A stretch of 45,865 bases of DNA from Escherichia phage mEp460_ev081, in sequence record LR597641; one strand, written 5' to 3'. Below the pieces are notes generated by a model. The model made no database searches. It was given only the letters and a program-made list of their open reading frames with translations, and was not told the origin of the DNA. Of this stretch, positions 9,517-19,085 are shown one piece after another; position 1 is the stretch's first letter, and each line of letters opens with the position of its first letter. A program made the position numbers and the translations under genes.

Positions 9517-12500
9517 TTTGGGGATTGATGCGGCAGAGTTTAAAAATGAAATTCCCCGTATCAAAAACCTTCTGAATGGTGCAGCCAGCGATGCAGAACG
9601 GTCTTCTGCCCGTATGCAGCGTTTTATGGAGCGTCAGACTCAGGCCGCCCGGCAGACAACGCAGGCAGCTTCTTCGGCTGCAACAGCCGCATCCGTCCAT
9701 GCGCAGACGGTGGAGAAGAACGCACAGGCTCATGAACGCATGGCCCGCGAGGTGGAGAAAACCCGCCAGCGCATGGAGGCACTGAGCCAGAAAATGCGCG
9801 AGGAACAGGCGCAGGCCATGGCTCTGGCGGAGGCTCAGGATAAAGCGGCTGCTGCGTTTTATCGTCAGATTGACAGTGTGAAACAGGCCAGTGCGGGGCT
9901 GCAGGAATTACAGCGTATTCAGCAGCAGATCCGACAGGCCAGAAACAGTGGCGGGATTGGTCAGCAGGATTATCTGGCGCTGATTTCTGAGGTTACTGCG
10001 AAAACCCGTGTTCTTACACAGGCTGAGGAAGAGGCTACCCGACAGAAAGTGGCGTTTATCCGTCAGCTTAAAGAGCAGGCAACCCGCCTGAATCTTTCAT
10101 CTTCTGAGTTGCTTCGTGCTAAGGCAGCCCAGCTGGGGGTAAGCAGTGCTGCAGAAGTGTATATCCGCAAAATGGAGCAGGCAGGAAAAGCCACGCATTC
10201 GCTGGGTCTGAAAAGTGCAGCAGCCCGCCAGGAGATAGGCGTTCTGATAGGTGAACTGGCCCGCGGCAATTTAGGGGCGCTGAGGGGATCCGGGATAACG
10301 CTGGCTAACCGTGCCGGATGGATAGACACACTGATGTCACCGAAAGGCATGATGCTTGGCGGGGTTATTGGCGGTATTGCCGCGGCCGTCTATGGTCTGG
10401 GTAAAGCCTGGTATGACGGTCAGAAGGAGGGGGAAGAATTTAACCGCCAGTTGTCGCTGACGGGGCATTATGCCGGAGTCACTGCCGGGCAGCTGTGGAC
10501 GCTCAGTCGTGCTATTTCCGGGAATGGTATCACGCAACATGCTGCAGCCGGTGCGCTGGCTCAGGTGGTGGGGAGTGGTGCATTTCGTGGAAACGATATC
10601 GGTATGGTGGCGAGAGCTGCCGCACAGATGGAGCGATCGGTTGGCCAGTCGGTCAGCGATACCATAAATCAGTTTAAGCGGCTGAAGGATGATCCTGTAA
10701 ATGCCGCGAAGGCTCTGGACAATGAGCTGCATTTTCTTACTGCCACTCAGCTTGAGCAGATACGCGTCCTTGGGGAGCAGGGGCGGTCCAGTGATGCTGC
10801 ACGGATAGCCATGTCTGCACTGGCAGAGGAAACCGGTCGGCGTACTGCGGATATTGATAATAACCTCAATGCGCTTGGCAGTACGCTGAAGTATCTGTCT
10901 GATTTGTGGAGTCGTTTCTGGGATGCGGCCATGAATATTGGTCGTGAAGACTCGCTGGATGAACAGATTGCCGCTTTACAGGAGAAAGTGTCGCGGGCGA
11001 AAAGACTCCCCTGGACGGCATCATCTTCTCAGGTTGAATACGATCAGCAGCGTCTTAACGATCTTCAGGAGAAAAAACGCCAGAAGGATTTGCAGGATGC
11101 AAAAGAGCAGGCAGAGCGGAATTATCAGGAGCAACAGAAACGCCGTAATGCTGAAAATGCTGCACTGAACCGGATGAATGAAACGGAAGCAGCACGACAT
11201 CAGCGTGAAATTGCGCGTATTAATGCCATGCAGTACGCCGATCAGGCTGTCAGGGATGCGGCGATACAACGTGAAAATGAACGTTACGAGAAAGCCCTGG
11301 CATCCGGTAAGAAAAAAACACGCGAAACCCGTAATGATGAGGCCACCCGGTTATTGCTGCAGTACAGTCAGCAACAGGCACAGGTGGAAGGACAGATTGC
11401 TGCTGCCAGACAGTCAGCAGGCATTGCCACGGAAAGGATGACAGAAGCGCATAAACAGCTTCTGGCTCTGCAGCAGCGCATCAGCGACCTGGACGGGAAA
11501 AAACTGACGGCAGATGAAAAGAGTGTGCTGGCCCGTAAAGATGAACTGATTCAGGCACTGACGCTGCTGGATGTAAAACAGCAGGAGCTTCAGAAACAGA
11601 CGGCACTCAACGAGCTGAAGAAAAAAACAATTCAGCTGACCAGTCAACTGGCTGAAGAAGAGCGCGCTCAGCGTCAGCAACATGACCTGGATATCGCCAC
11701 GGTGGGTATGGGTGATCAGCAGCGACAGCGATATCAGGTACAACTGAGTCTTCGCCAGAAATACCAGCAACAGCTGGAGCAGTTGAGGCGGGATAGTGAG
11801 CAGAAAGGGACATATAACACGGATGACTACAGAAAGGCCGAGCAGGCGCTGACGGAGAGCCTGAACCGACAACTGAATGAGAATCGCCGTTACTGGCAAC
11901 AGCTTGAAGTTGTGCAGGGTAACTGGAAAAACGGAGTCCTGCGTGCATTTCAGGATTTTACCGTGGATGCAGATAATACGGCAGAAACAGCAGAACAGGT
12001 GTTCTCGTCAGCCTTCAGCAACATGGGAAATGGCCTGGCAACTTTTGTCACTACCGGCAAACTCAATTTCAAATCCTTCACCTCTTCTGTGCTGTCAGAT
12101 ATGGCGAAAATCCTGGCGCAGGCAACCATGATGAAATCGATAAAAGGGATTGGCAGTGTACTGGGATTTGATCTCAGCAGCCTTTCCCTGAATGCCAATG
12201 GGGGGATTTATCAGTCTGCTGATTTGAGTCGTTACAGTGGCACGGTGGTTAACCGTCCGACGTTTTTTGCTTTTGCAAAAGGCGCGGGTGTGATGGGGGA
12301 AGCGGGACCTGAAGCCATTCTGCCATTGCGTCGTGGTGCTGACGGTAAGCTGGGGGTTGTGGCGGATATTGGGGGTTCAGGTATGGCGATGTTTTCCCCG
12401 CAGTACAACATCGAGATCAATAACGATGGCACGAACGGGCAGATAGGTCCGGCTGCCCTGAAGGTGGTTTATGACCTTGGGAAAAAAGCGGCAGCGGACT

Positions 12501-12553
12501 TTATGCAACAGCAGGCCCGTGATGGTGGTCGGTTAAGTGGAGCATATCGGTAA
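9488..12553 (+). CDS. Tail tape measure protein H
   Basis: About 1020-aa coiled-coil-rich ORF (Ala/Gln/Glu/Arg-rich) in the H position with a Gly-rich C-terminal region. Confidence 0.9.
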   Translation: MDQIANLVIDLGIDAAEFKNEIPRIKNLLNGAASDAERSSARMQRFMERQTQAARQTTQAASSAATAASVHAQTVEKNAQAHERMAREVEKTRQRMEALSQKMREEQAQAMALAEAQDKAAAAFYRQIDSVKQASAGLQELQRIQQQIRQARNSGGIGQQDYLALISEVTAKTRVLTQAEEEATRQKVAFIRQLKEQATRLNLSSSELLRAKAAQLGVSSAAEVYIRKMEQAGKATHSLGLKSAAARQEIGVLIGELARGNLGALRGSGITLANRAGWIDTLMSPKGMMLGGVIGGIAAAVYGLGKAWYDGQKEGEEFNRQLSLTGHYAGVTAGQLWTLSRAISGNGITQHAAAGALAQVVGSGAFRGNDIGMVARAAAQMERSVGQSVSDTINQFKRLKDDPVNAAKALDNELHFLTATQLEQIRVLGEQGRSSDAARIAMSALAEETGRRTADIDNNLNALGSTLKYLSDLWSRFWDAAMNIGREDSLDEQIAALQEKVSRAKRLPWTASSSQVEYDQQRLNDLQEKKRQKDLQDAKEQAERNYQEQQKRRNAENAALNRMNETEAARHQREIARINAMQYADQAVRDAAIQRENERYEKALASGKKKTRETRNDEATRLLLQYSQQQAQVEGQIAAARQSAGIATERMTEAHKQLLALQQRISDLDGKKLTADEKSVLARKDELIQALTLLDVKQQELQKQTALNELKKKTIQLTSQLAEEERAQRQQHDLDIATVGMGDQQRQRYQVQLSLRQKYQQQLEQLRRDSEQKGTYNTDDYRKAEQALTESLNRQLNENRRYWQQLEVVQGNWKNGVLRAFQDFTVDADNTAETAEQVFSSAFSNMGNGLATFVTTGKLNFKSFTSSVLSDMAKILAQATMMKSIKGIGSVLGFDLSSLSLNANGGIYQSADLSRYSGTVVNRPTFFAFAKGAGVMGEAGPEAILPLRRGADGKLGVVADIGGSGMAMFSPQYNIEINNDGTNGQIGPAALKVVYDLGKKAAADFMQQQARDGGRLSGAYR

Positions 12554-12882
12554 TGGAGACGTTTCACTGGAAAGTGCGCCCGGATATGAATGTGGTATCA
12601 GAGCCGAAAGTGGTGACAGTGAAGCTGGGCGATGGTTATGAACAGCGTCGTGCGGCGGGACTGAATAACCAGTTGTCGATTTACAGCGTGACGATACGTG
12701 TTCGTAAATGTGAACACCCATCTTTAAAAGCCTTTCTGGAACGGCACGGTGGCGTCCGCGCATTTCAGTGGACGCCACCTTATGACTGGAAGCCGATCAG
12801 GGTGGTTTGTCGTAAATGGTCGGCAAGCGTGGGGGCGTTGTGGGTAACCATAACGGCAGATTTTGAACAGGTCGTGGCATAG
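12553..12882 (+). CDS. Minor tail protein M
   Basis: 109 aa with high similarity to lambda gpM (METFHWKVRPDM...GDGYEQR...FLERHGG...FQWTPPYDW). Confidence 0.9.
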   Translation: METFHWKVRPDMNVVSEPKVVTVKLGDGYEQRRAAGLNNQLSIYSVTIRVRKCEHPSLKAFLERHGGVRAFQWTPPYDWKPIRVVCRKWSASVGALWVTITADFEQVVA

Positions 12883-12891
12883 GAGTCTCTG

Positions 12892-13590
12892 ATGCAGGAT
12901 ATTCCACAGGAAACACATCATGAGACGACACGCCTCACTCAGTCAGCCCAGGTGGTGCTCTGGGAAATCGATCTGACAGTGGTCGGTGGAGAACGTTATT
13001 TTTTCTGTAATGAGCAGAACGATAAAGGTGAGCCGGTCACCTGGCAGAGGCGACAGTATCAGGCGTATCCCATTCAGGGGACGGGATTTGAACTGAACGG
13101 CAAAGGCAGTGCTGCCCGTCCGACACTGACGGTTTCTAACCTGCACGGCATGGTCACCGGGATGGCGGAAGACCTGCAGAGTCTGGTCGGAGGAACGGTG
13201 GTCCGGCGTAAGGTTTACGCCCGTTTTCTGGATGCGGTGAACTTCGTCAACGGAAACAGTGACGCCGATCCGGAGCAGGAGGTGATCAGCCGCTGGCGCA
13301 TCGAGCAGTGCAGCGAACTGAGCGCGGTGAGTGCCTCTTTTGTACTGTCCACGCCGACGGAAACGGACGGCGCTGTTTTTCCGGGGCGCATCATGCTGGC
13401 TAATACCTGCACCTGGACCTATCGCGGTGATGAGTGCGGTTATCACGGTCCGGCGGTCGCGGATGAATATGACCAGCCGACCTCCGATATCACGAAGGAT
13501 AAATGCAGCAAATGCCTGAGCGGCTGTAAGTTTCGCAATAACGTCGGCAACTTTGGCGGCTTCCTTTCCATTAACAAACTTTCGCAGTGA
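12892..13590 (+). CDS. Minor tail protein L
   Basis: 232 aa, near-identical in long stretches to lambda gpL as recalled (VVLWEIDLT..GGERYFFCNEQN...CSKCLSGCKFRNNVGNFGGF). Confidence 0.9.
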   Translation: MQDIPQETHHETTRLTQSAQVVLWEIDLTVVGGERYFFCNEQNDKGEPVTWQRRQYQAYPIQGTGFELNGKGSAARPTLTVSNLHGMVTGMAEDLQSLVGGTVVRRKVYARFLDAVNFVNGNSDADPEQEVISRWRIEQCSELSAVSASFVLSTPTETDGAVFPGRIMLANTCTWTYRGDECGYHGPAVADEYDQPTSDITKDKCSKCLSGCKFRNNVGNFGGFLSINKLSQ

Positions 13591-14339
13591 ATCCCATGAC
13601 AGAGACAGAATCAGCGATTCTGGCGCACGCCCGGCGATGTGCGCCAGCGGAGTCGTGCGGCTTCGTGGTGAGAACACCGGAGGGGGAAAGATATTTTCCC
13701 TGCGTGAATATCTCCGGTGAGCCGGAGGAGTATTTCCGGATGTCGCCGGAGGACTGGCTGCGGGCAGAGATGCAGGGTGAGATTGTGGCGCTGGTCCACA
13801 GTCACCCCGGTGGTCTGCCCTGGCTGAGTGAGACCGACCGGCGGCTGCAGGTGCAGAGTGATTTGCCGTGGTGGCTGGTTTGCCGGGGGGCGATTCACAA
13901 GTTCCGCTGTGTGCCACATCTTTCCGGGCGGCGCTTTGAGCACGGGGTGACGGACTGTTACACGCTGTTCCGGGATGCTTACCATCTGGCGGGGATTGAG
14001 ATGCCGGATTTTCATCGCGAGGATGACTGGTGGCGTAACGGTCAGAATCTCTATCTGGATAATCTGGAGGCTACAGGGCTGTATCAGGTGCCGTTGTCAG
14101 CGGCGCAGCCGGGCGATGTGCTGCTGTGCTGTTTTGGTTCATCGGTGCCGAATCATGCCGCCATTTACTGTGGTGACGGCGAGCTGCTGCACCATATTCC
14201 TGAACAACTGAGCAAACGAGAGAGGTACACCGACAAATGGCAGCGACGCACACACTCCCTCTGGCGTCACCGGGCATGGCACGCATCTGCCTTTACGGGG
14301 ATTTACAACGATTTGGCCGCCGCATCGACCTTCGAGTGA
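13587..14339 (+). CDS. Tail assembly protein K (JAB/MPN plus NlpC/P60-like)
   Basis: 250-aa ORF with HSHP motif (JAB-like) and a Cys/His segment; lambda K position. Confidence 0.85.
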   Translation: MNPMTETESAILAHARRCAPAESCGFVVRTPEGERYFPCVNISGEPEEYFRMSPEDWLRAEMQGEIVALVHSHPGGLPWLSETDRRLQVQSDLPWWLVCRGAIHKFRCVPHLSGRRFEHGVTDCYTLFRDAYHLAGIEMPDFHREDDWWRNGQNLYLDNLEATGLYQVPLSAAQPGDVLLCCFGSSVPNHAAIYCGDGELLHHIPEQLSKRERYTDKWQRRTHSLWRHRAWHASAFTGIYNDLAAASTFE

Positions 14340-14884
14340 AAACGGGGTCCGAAGCCATCCGGGCGCTGGCCATGCAGATCCCGGCGTTTCGTCAGAAACT
14401 GAGCGACGGCTGGTACCAGGTACGCATTGCCGGGCGTGATGCAGGTGAAACCGAATTGTCTGCCCGTCTTAATGAGCCGCTGGCAAATGGTGCCGTGATC
14501 CACATCGTGCCGCGTCTGGCGGGAGCTAAAAGTGGCGGTGTGTTTCAGGTGGTGCTGGGGGCGGCGCTGATTGCGGTGGCATGGTGGAACCCTGTGGGCT
14601 GGCTGGGTGCCGCGGCTGTATCGGGCATGTATGCGGCAGGGGCCAGTATGATCCTGGGCGGAGTGGCGCAGATGCTGGCACCGAAAGCCAGGACGCCCAC
14701 GGCAGCAAGTACAGATAACGGCAAACAGAACACCTATTTCTCCTCACTGGATAACATGGTTGCCCAGGGCAATGTTCTGCCCGTTCTGTACGGTGAAATG
14801 CGCGTGGGGTCGCGGGTGGTCTCTCAGGAGATCAGCACGGCAGACGAAGGGGATGGTGGTCAGGTTGTGGTGATTGGTCGCTGA
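14237..14884 (+). CDS. Tail assembly protein I
   Basis: 215 aa, highly similar to lambda gpI (MAATHTLPLASPGMARICLYGDLQRFGRRIDL...). Confidence 0.9.
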   Translation: MAATHTLPLASPGMARICLYGDLQRFGRRIDLRVKTGSEAIRALAMQIPAFRQKLSDGWYQVRIAGRDAGETELSARLNEPLANGAVIHIVPRLAGAKSGGVFQVVLGAALIAVAWWNPVGWLGAAAVSGMYAAGASMILGGVAQMLAPKARTPTAASTDNGKQNTYFSSLDNMVAQGNVLPVLYGEMRVGSRVVSQEISTADEGDGGQVVVIGR

Positions 14885-14944
14885 TGAAAAACGTTTTATG
14901 TGAAACCGCCTCCGGGCGGTTTTGTCGTTTATGGAGCGTGAGGA

Positions 14945-17900
14945 ATGGGTAAAGGCAGCAGTAAGGGGCATACTCCGCGCGAAGCGAAGGACAACCTGAA
15001 GTCCACGCAGTTGCTGAGTGTGATCGATGCCATCAGCGAAGGGCCGGTTGAAGGTCCGGTGGATGGATTAAAAAGCGTGCTGCTGAACAGTACGCCAGTG
15101 CTGGACACTGAGGGGAATACCAACATCTCCGGCGTCACGGTGGTGTTCCGGGCCGGTGAGCAGGAGCAGACACCGCCGGAGGGATTTGAATCCTCCGGCT
15201 CCGAGGCGGTGCTGGGTACGGAAGTGAAATACGACACGCCGATCACCCGGACCATCACGTCGGCAAACATTGACCGACTGCGTTTTACCTTCGGCGTGCA
15301 GGCACTGGTGGAAACCACCTCAAAGGGGGACAGGAATCCGTCGGAAGTCCGCCTGCTGGTTCAGATACAACGTAACGGTGGCTGGGTGACGGAAAAAGAC
15401 ATCACCATTAAAGGCAAAACCACCTCACAGTATCTGGCCTCGGTGGTGGTGGGTAACCTGCCGCCGCGCCCGTTCAATATCCGGATGCGCAGGATGACGC
15501 CGGACAGCACCACAGACCAGCTGCAGAACAAAACGCTCTGGTCGTCATACACCGAAATCATCGATGTGAAACAGTGCTACCCGAACACGGCACTGGTCGG
15601 CGTACAGGTGGATTCGGAGCAGTTCGGCAGCCAGCAGGTGAGCCGTAATTATCATCTTCGCGGGCGCATTCTGCAGGTGCCGTCGAACTATAACCCGCAG
15701 ACGCGACAATACAGCGGTATCTGGGACGGAACGTTACAACCGGCATACAGCAACAACATGGCCTGGTGTCTGTGGGATATGCTGACCCATCCGCGCTACG
15801 GCATGGGGAAACGTCTTGGTGCGGCGGATGTGGATAAATGGGCGCTGTATGTCATCGGCCAGAATTGCGACCAGTCGGTGCCGGATGGCTTTGGTGGCAC
15901 GGAACCGCGTATCACCTGTAATGCGTACCTGACCACGCAGCGCAAGGCGTGGGATGTGCTCAGTGATTTCTGCTCGGCGATGCGCTGTATGCCGGTATGG
16001 AACGGGCAGACGCTGACGTTCGTGCAGGACCGGCCATCGGATAAGGTGTGGACCTATAACCGCAGTAATGTGGTGATGCCGGATGATGGCGCGCCGTTCC
16101 GCTACAGCTTCAGCGCCCTGAAGGACCGTCATAATGCCGTTGAGGTGAACTGGATTGACCCGAATAACGGCTGGGAGACGGCGACAGAGCTTGTGGAGGA
16201 TACGCAGGCCATTGTCCGTTATGGTCGTAACGTCACGAAGATGGATGCCTTTGGCTGTACCAGCCGGGGGCAGGCACACCGCGCCGGGCTGTGGCTGATT
16301 AAAACGGAGCTGCTGGAGACGCAGACCGTGGACTTCAGCGTGGGCGCAGAAGGGCTTCGCCATGTACCGGGCGATGTCATTGAAATCTGTGATGATGACT
16401 ATGCGGGGATCAGCACCGGCGGGCGTGTGCTGGCGGTGAACAGCCAGACCCGGACGCTGACGCTCGACCGTGAAATCACGCTGCCATCCTCCGGTACCAC
16501 GCTGATAAGCCTGGTTGACGGAAGTGGCAATCCGGTCAGCGTGGAGGTTCAGTCCGTCACCGACGGCGTGAAGGTGAAAGTGAGCCGTGTTCCTGACGGC
16601 GTTGCCGGATACAGCGTGTGGGGGCTGAAGCTGCCGACGCTGCGCCAGCGCCTGTTCCGCTGTGTGAGTATCCGTGAGAACGACGACGGCACGTATGCCA
16701 TCACTGCCGTGCAGCATGTGCCGGAAAAAGAGGCCATCGTGGATAACGGAGCGCACTTTGACGGCGACCAGAGCGGCACGGTGAATGGTGTCACGCCGCC
16801 AGCGGTGCAGCACCTGACCGCAGAAGTCACCGCAGACAGTGGGGAGTATCAGGTGCTGGCGCGCTGGGACACGCCGAAGGTAGTGAAGGGTGTGAGCTTT
16901 ATGCTTCGCCTGACCGTGGCCGCCGATGACGGCAGTGAGCGGCTGGTCAGCACGGCCCGGACGACGGAAACCACTTACCGCTTCAGGCAGCTGGCGCTGG
17001 GGCGTTACACGCTGACGGTCCGGGCGGTAAATGCCCGGGGACAGCAGGGCGATCCGGCGTCGGTATCGTTCCGGATTGCCGCCCCGGCAGCGCCGTCGCG
17101 GATTGAGCTGACGCCGGGCTATTTTCAGATAACTGCCACGCCGCATCTTGCGGTTTATGATCCGACGGTACAGTTTGAGTTCTGGTTCTCGGAAACGCGG
17201 ATTACCGATATCAGGCAGGTTGAAACCACAGCCCGCTACCTTGGCACGGGGCTGTACTGGATAGCCGCCAGTATCAATATCAAACCGGGCCATGATTATT
17301 ACTTTTATATCCGCAGTGTGAACACCGTTGGCAAATCGGCATTCGTGGAGGCCGTCGGTCGGGCGAGCGATGATGCGGAAGGTTACCTGGATTTTTTCAA
17401 AGGCAAGATAACCGAATCCCATCTCGGTAAAGAGCTGCTGGAAAAAGTTGATCTGACGGAGGATAACGCCAGCAGACTGGATGAGTTTTCGAAAGAGTGG
17501 AAGGACGCTAACGATAAATGGAATGCCATGTGGGGCGTCAAAATTGAGCAGACCAAAGACGGCAAACATTATGTCGCGGGTATTGGCCTCAGCATGGAGG
17601 ACACGGAGGAAGGCAAGCTGAGCCAGTTTCTGGTTGCCGCTAACCGTATCGCGTTTATTGACCCGGCAAACGGGAATGAAACGCCGATGTTTGTGGCGCA
17701 GGGCAACCAGATATTCATGAACGACGTGTTCCTGAAGCGCCTGACAGCCCCCACCATTACCAGCGGTGGCAGTCCTCCGGTATTTTCCCTGACATCAGAC
17801 GGAAAGCTGACCGCTAAAAATGCGGATATCAGTGGTAGTGTGAATGCGAACTCAGGAACGCTCAACAATGTCACGATTAACCAGAACTGTACGATTAAGG

Positions 17901-18358
17901 GCATGCTGGAGGCGACCCAGGTCAGAGGGGATTTCGTTAAAGCTGTATCAAAAGCCTTCCCGAAAAAAGTCGGTACGTGGGGTAACACGGAAACACCAAA
18001 CGGTACGGTTACAGTCACCATCAGCGATGATCATAACTTTGACCGCCAGATTATTATTCCGCCCATTATTTTTAACGGTATAGCGTATGACGATCCGGGG
18101 AGCGGAAATAACCCAGGAGGCACGCGATACACGGGTTATGGTTTTGAAGTTCGCAAAAACGGCGTATTAATCGCATCCAGAGAAACTAAAGGGGCCATTC
18201 CCGGTAGTTACAGTGCAGTTATTGATATGCCTAGTGGTGGTGGTAGCGTCACTCTGGAGTTTAAGATTTTCCAGAAAGGCAATCAGGGGGCAGGCAATAT
18301 CACCGACTGTACGGTGATTGTGACCAAAAAAGCCGCTTCCGGCATCAGTATTCGTTGA
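14945..18358 (+). CDS. Tail tip / host specificity protein J
   Basis: 1137 aa; N-terminus [34 protein letters not shown] matches lambda gpJ; the C-terminal receptor-binding region diverges from what I recall of lambda J. Confidence 0.95.
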   Translation: MGKGSSKGHTPREAKDNLKSTQLLSVIDAISEGPVEGPVDGLKSVLLNSTPVLDTEGNTNISGVTVVFRAGEQEQTPPEGFESSGSEAVLGTEVKYDTPITRTITSANIDRLRFTFGVQALVETTSKGDRNPSEVRLLVQIQRNGGWVTEKDITIKGKTTSQYLASVVVGNLPPRPFNIRMRRMTPDSTTDQLQNKTLWSSYTEIIDVKQCYPNTALVGVQVDSEQFGSQQVSRNYHLRGRILQVPSNYNPQTRQYSGIWDGTLQPAYSNNMAWCLWDMLTHPRYGMGKRLGAADVDKWALYVIGQNCDQSVPDGFGGTEPRITCNAYLTTQRKAWDVLSDFCSAMRCMPVWNGQTLTFVQDRPSDKVWTYNRSNVVMPDDGAPFRYSFSALKDRHNAVEVNWIDPNNGWETATELVEDTQAIVRYGRNVTKMDAFGCTSRGQAHRAGLWLIKTELLETQTVDFSVGAEGLRHVPGDVIEICDDDYAGISTGGRVLAVNSQTRTLTLDREITLPSSGTTLISLVDGSGNPVSVEVQSVTDGVKVKVSRVPDGVAGYSVWGLKLPTLRQRLFRCVSIRENDDGTYAITAVQHVPEKEAIVDNGAHFDGDQSGTVNGVTPPAVQHLTAEVTADSGEYQVLARWDTPKVVKGVSFMLRLTVAADDGSERLVSTARTTETTYRFRQLALGRYTLTVRAVNARGQQGDPASVSFRIAAPAAPSRIELTPGYFQITATPHLAVYDPTVQFEFWFSETRITDIRQVETTARYLGTGLYWIAASINIKPGHDYYFYIRSVNTVGKSAFVEAVGRASDDAEGYLDFFKGKITESHLGKELLEKVDLTEDNASRLDEFSKEWKDANDKWNAMWGVKIEQTKDGKHYVAGIGLSMEDTEEGKLSQFLVAANRIAFIDPANGNETPMFVAQGNQIFMNDVFLKRLTAPTITSGGSPPVFSLTSDGKLTAKNADISGSVNANSGTLNNVTINQNCTIKGMLEATQVRGDFVKAVSKAFPKKVGTWGNTETPNGTVTVTISDDHNFDRQIIIPPIIFNGIAYDDPGSGNNPGGTRYTGYGFEVRKNGVLIASRETKGAIPGSYSAVIDMPSGGGSVTLEFKIFQKGNQGAGNITDCTVIVTKKAASGISIR

Positions 18359-18378
18359 AATTGTTATAACCCATATAA

Positions 18379-18406
18379 GGGCACCAGAAATGGTGCCTTT
18401 TTTATT
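18379..18406 (+). terminator. Rho-independent terminator after J
   Basis: ggcaccagaaatggtgcc hairpin followed by ttttttatt. Confidence 0.5.
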
Positions 18407-18427
18407 GCAGAAAAGCGAGAGGTAATT

Positions 18428-19027
18428 ATGCGTAAACTTTATGCCGCCATTTTTTCCGCAGCCATTTGTCTGGCCGTATCCGGTGCGCCTGCATGGGCAT
18501 CTGAACATCAGTCCACGCTGAGCGCGGGGTATCTTCATGCCTCGACGAACGTTCCCGGCAGCGATGATCTTAACGGGATTAACGTGAAATACCGTTATGA
18601 GTTTACGGACACACTGGGGATGGTGACGTCGTTCAGCTATGCAGGAGACAAGAATCGCCAGCTGACCCGTTACAGCGATACCCGCTGGTATGAAGATTCC
18701 GTGCGTAACCGCTGGTTCAGCGTGATGGCGGGGCCGTCTGTACGCGTGAATGAATGGTTCAGCGCGTATGCGATGGCGGGTGTGGCTTACAGCCGTGTGT
18801 CGACTTTCTCCGGGGATTATCTCCGCGTAACTGACAATAAGGGGAAAACGCACGATGTGCTAACCGGAAGTGATGACGGTCGCCACAGCAACACGTCTCT
18901 GGCGTGGGGGGCTGGCGTGCAGTTTAACCCGACCGAGTCCGTGGCCATTGATGTCGCTTATGAAGGTTCCGGCAGTGGCGACTGGCGCACTGACGGTTTC
19001 ATCGTGGGTGTCGGTTATAAATTCTGA
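18428..19027 (+). CDS. lom: Outer membrane protein Lom (Ail/Lom/PagC family)
   Basis: 199 aa with signal peptide and a beta-barrel-like alternating pattern ending GYKF; lambda lom position after J. Confidence 0.85.
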   Translation: MRKLYAAIFSAAICLAVSGAPAWASEHQSTLSAGYLHASTNVPGSDDLNGINVKYRYEFTDTLGMVTSFSYAGDKNRQLTRYSDTRWYEDSVRNRWFSVMAGPSVRVNEWFSAYAMAGVAYSRVSTFSGDYLRVTDNKGKTHDVLTGSDDGRHSNTSLAWGAGVQFNPTESVAIDVAYEGSGSGDWRTDGFIVGVGYKF

Positions 19028-19053
19028 TTAGCCAGGTAACACAGTGTTATGAC

Positions 19054-19081
19054 AGCCCGCCGGTTCAGGCGGGCTTTTTTG
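19054..19081 (+). terminator. Rho-independent terminator after lom
   Basis: agcccgccggttcaggcgggc hairpin followed by a T-run. Confidence 0.5.
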
Positions 19082-19085
19082 TGGG

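Noticed and set aside
12943-13917. 324-aa minus-strand ORF antisense to L and K
   Set aside because: Overlaps near-identical lambda gpL/gpK homologues on the opposite strand; composition typical of antisense GC-rich DNA.
15734-17569. 611-aa minus-strand ORF antisense to gene J
   Set aside because: Arg/His/Pro-rich, non-protein-like composition, fully nested antisense to a well-supported lambda J homologue.
18167-18853. 228-aa minus-strand ORF spanning the J end, terminator and lom
   Set aside because: Crosses an intrinsic terminator and overlaps two well-supported plus-strand genes.
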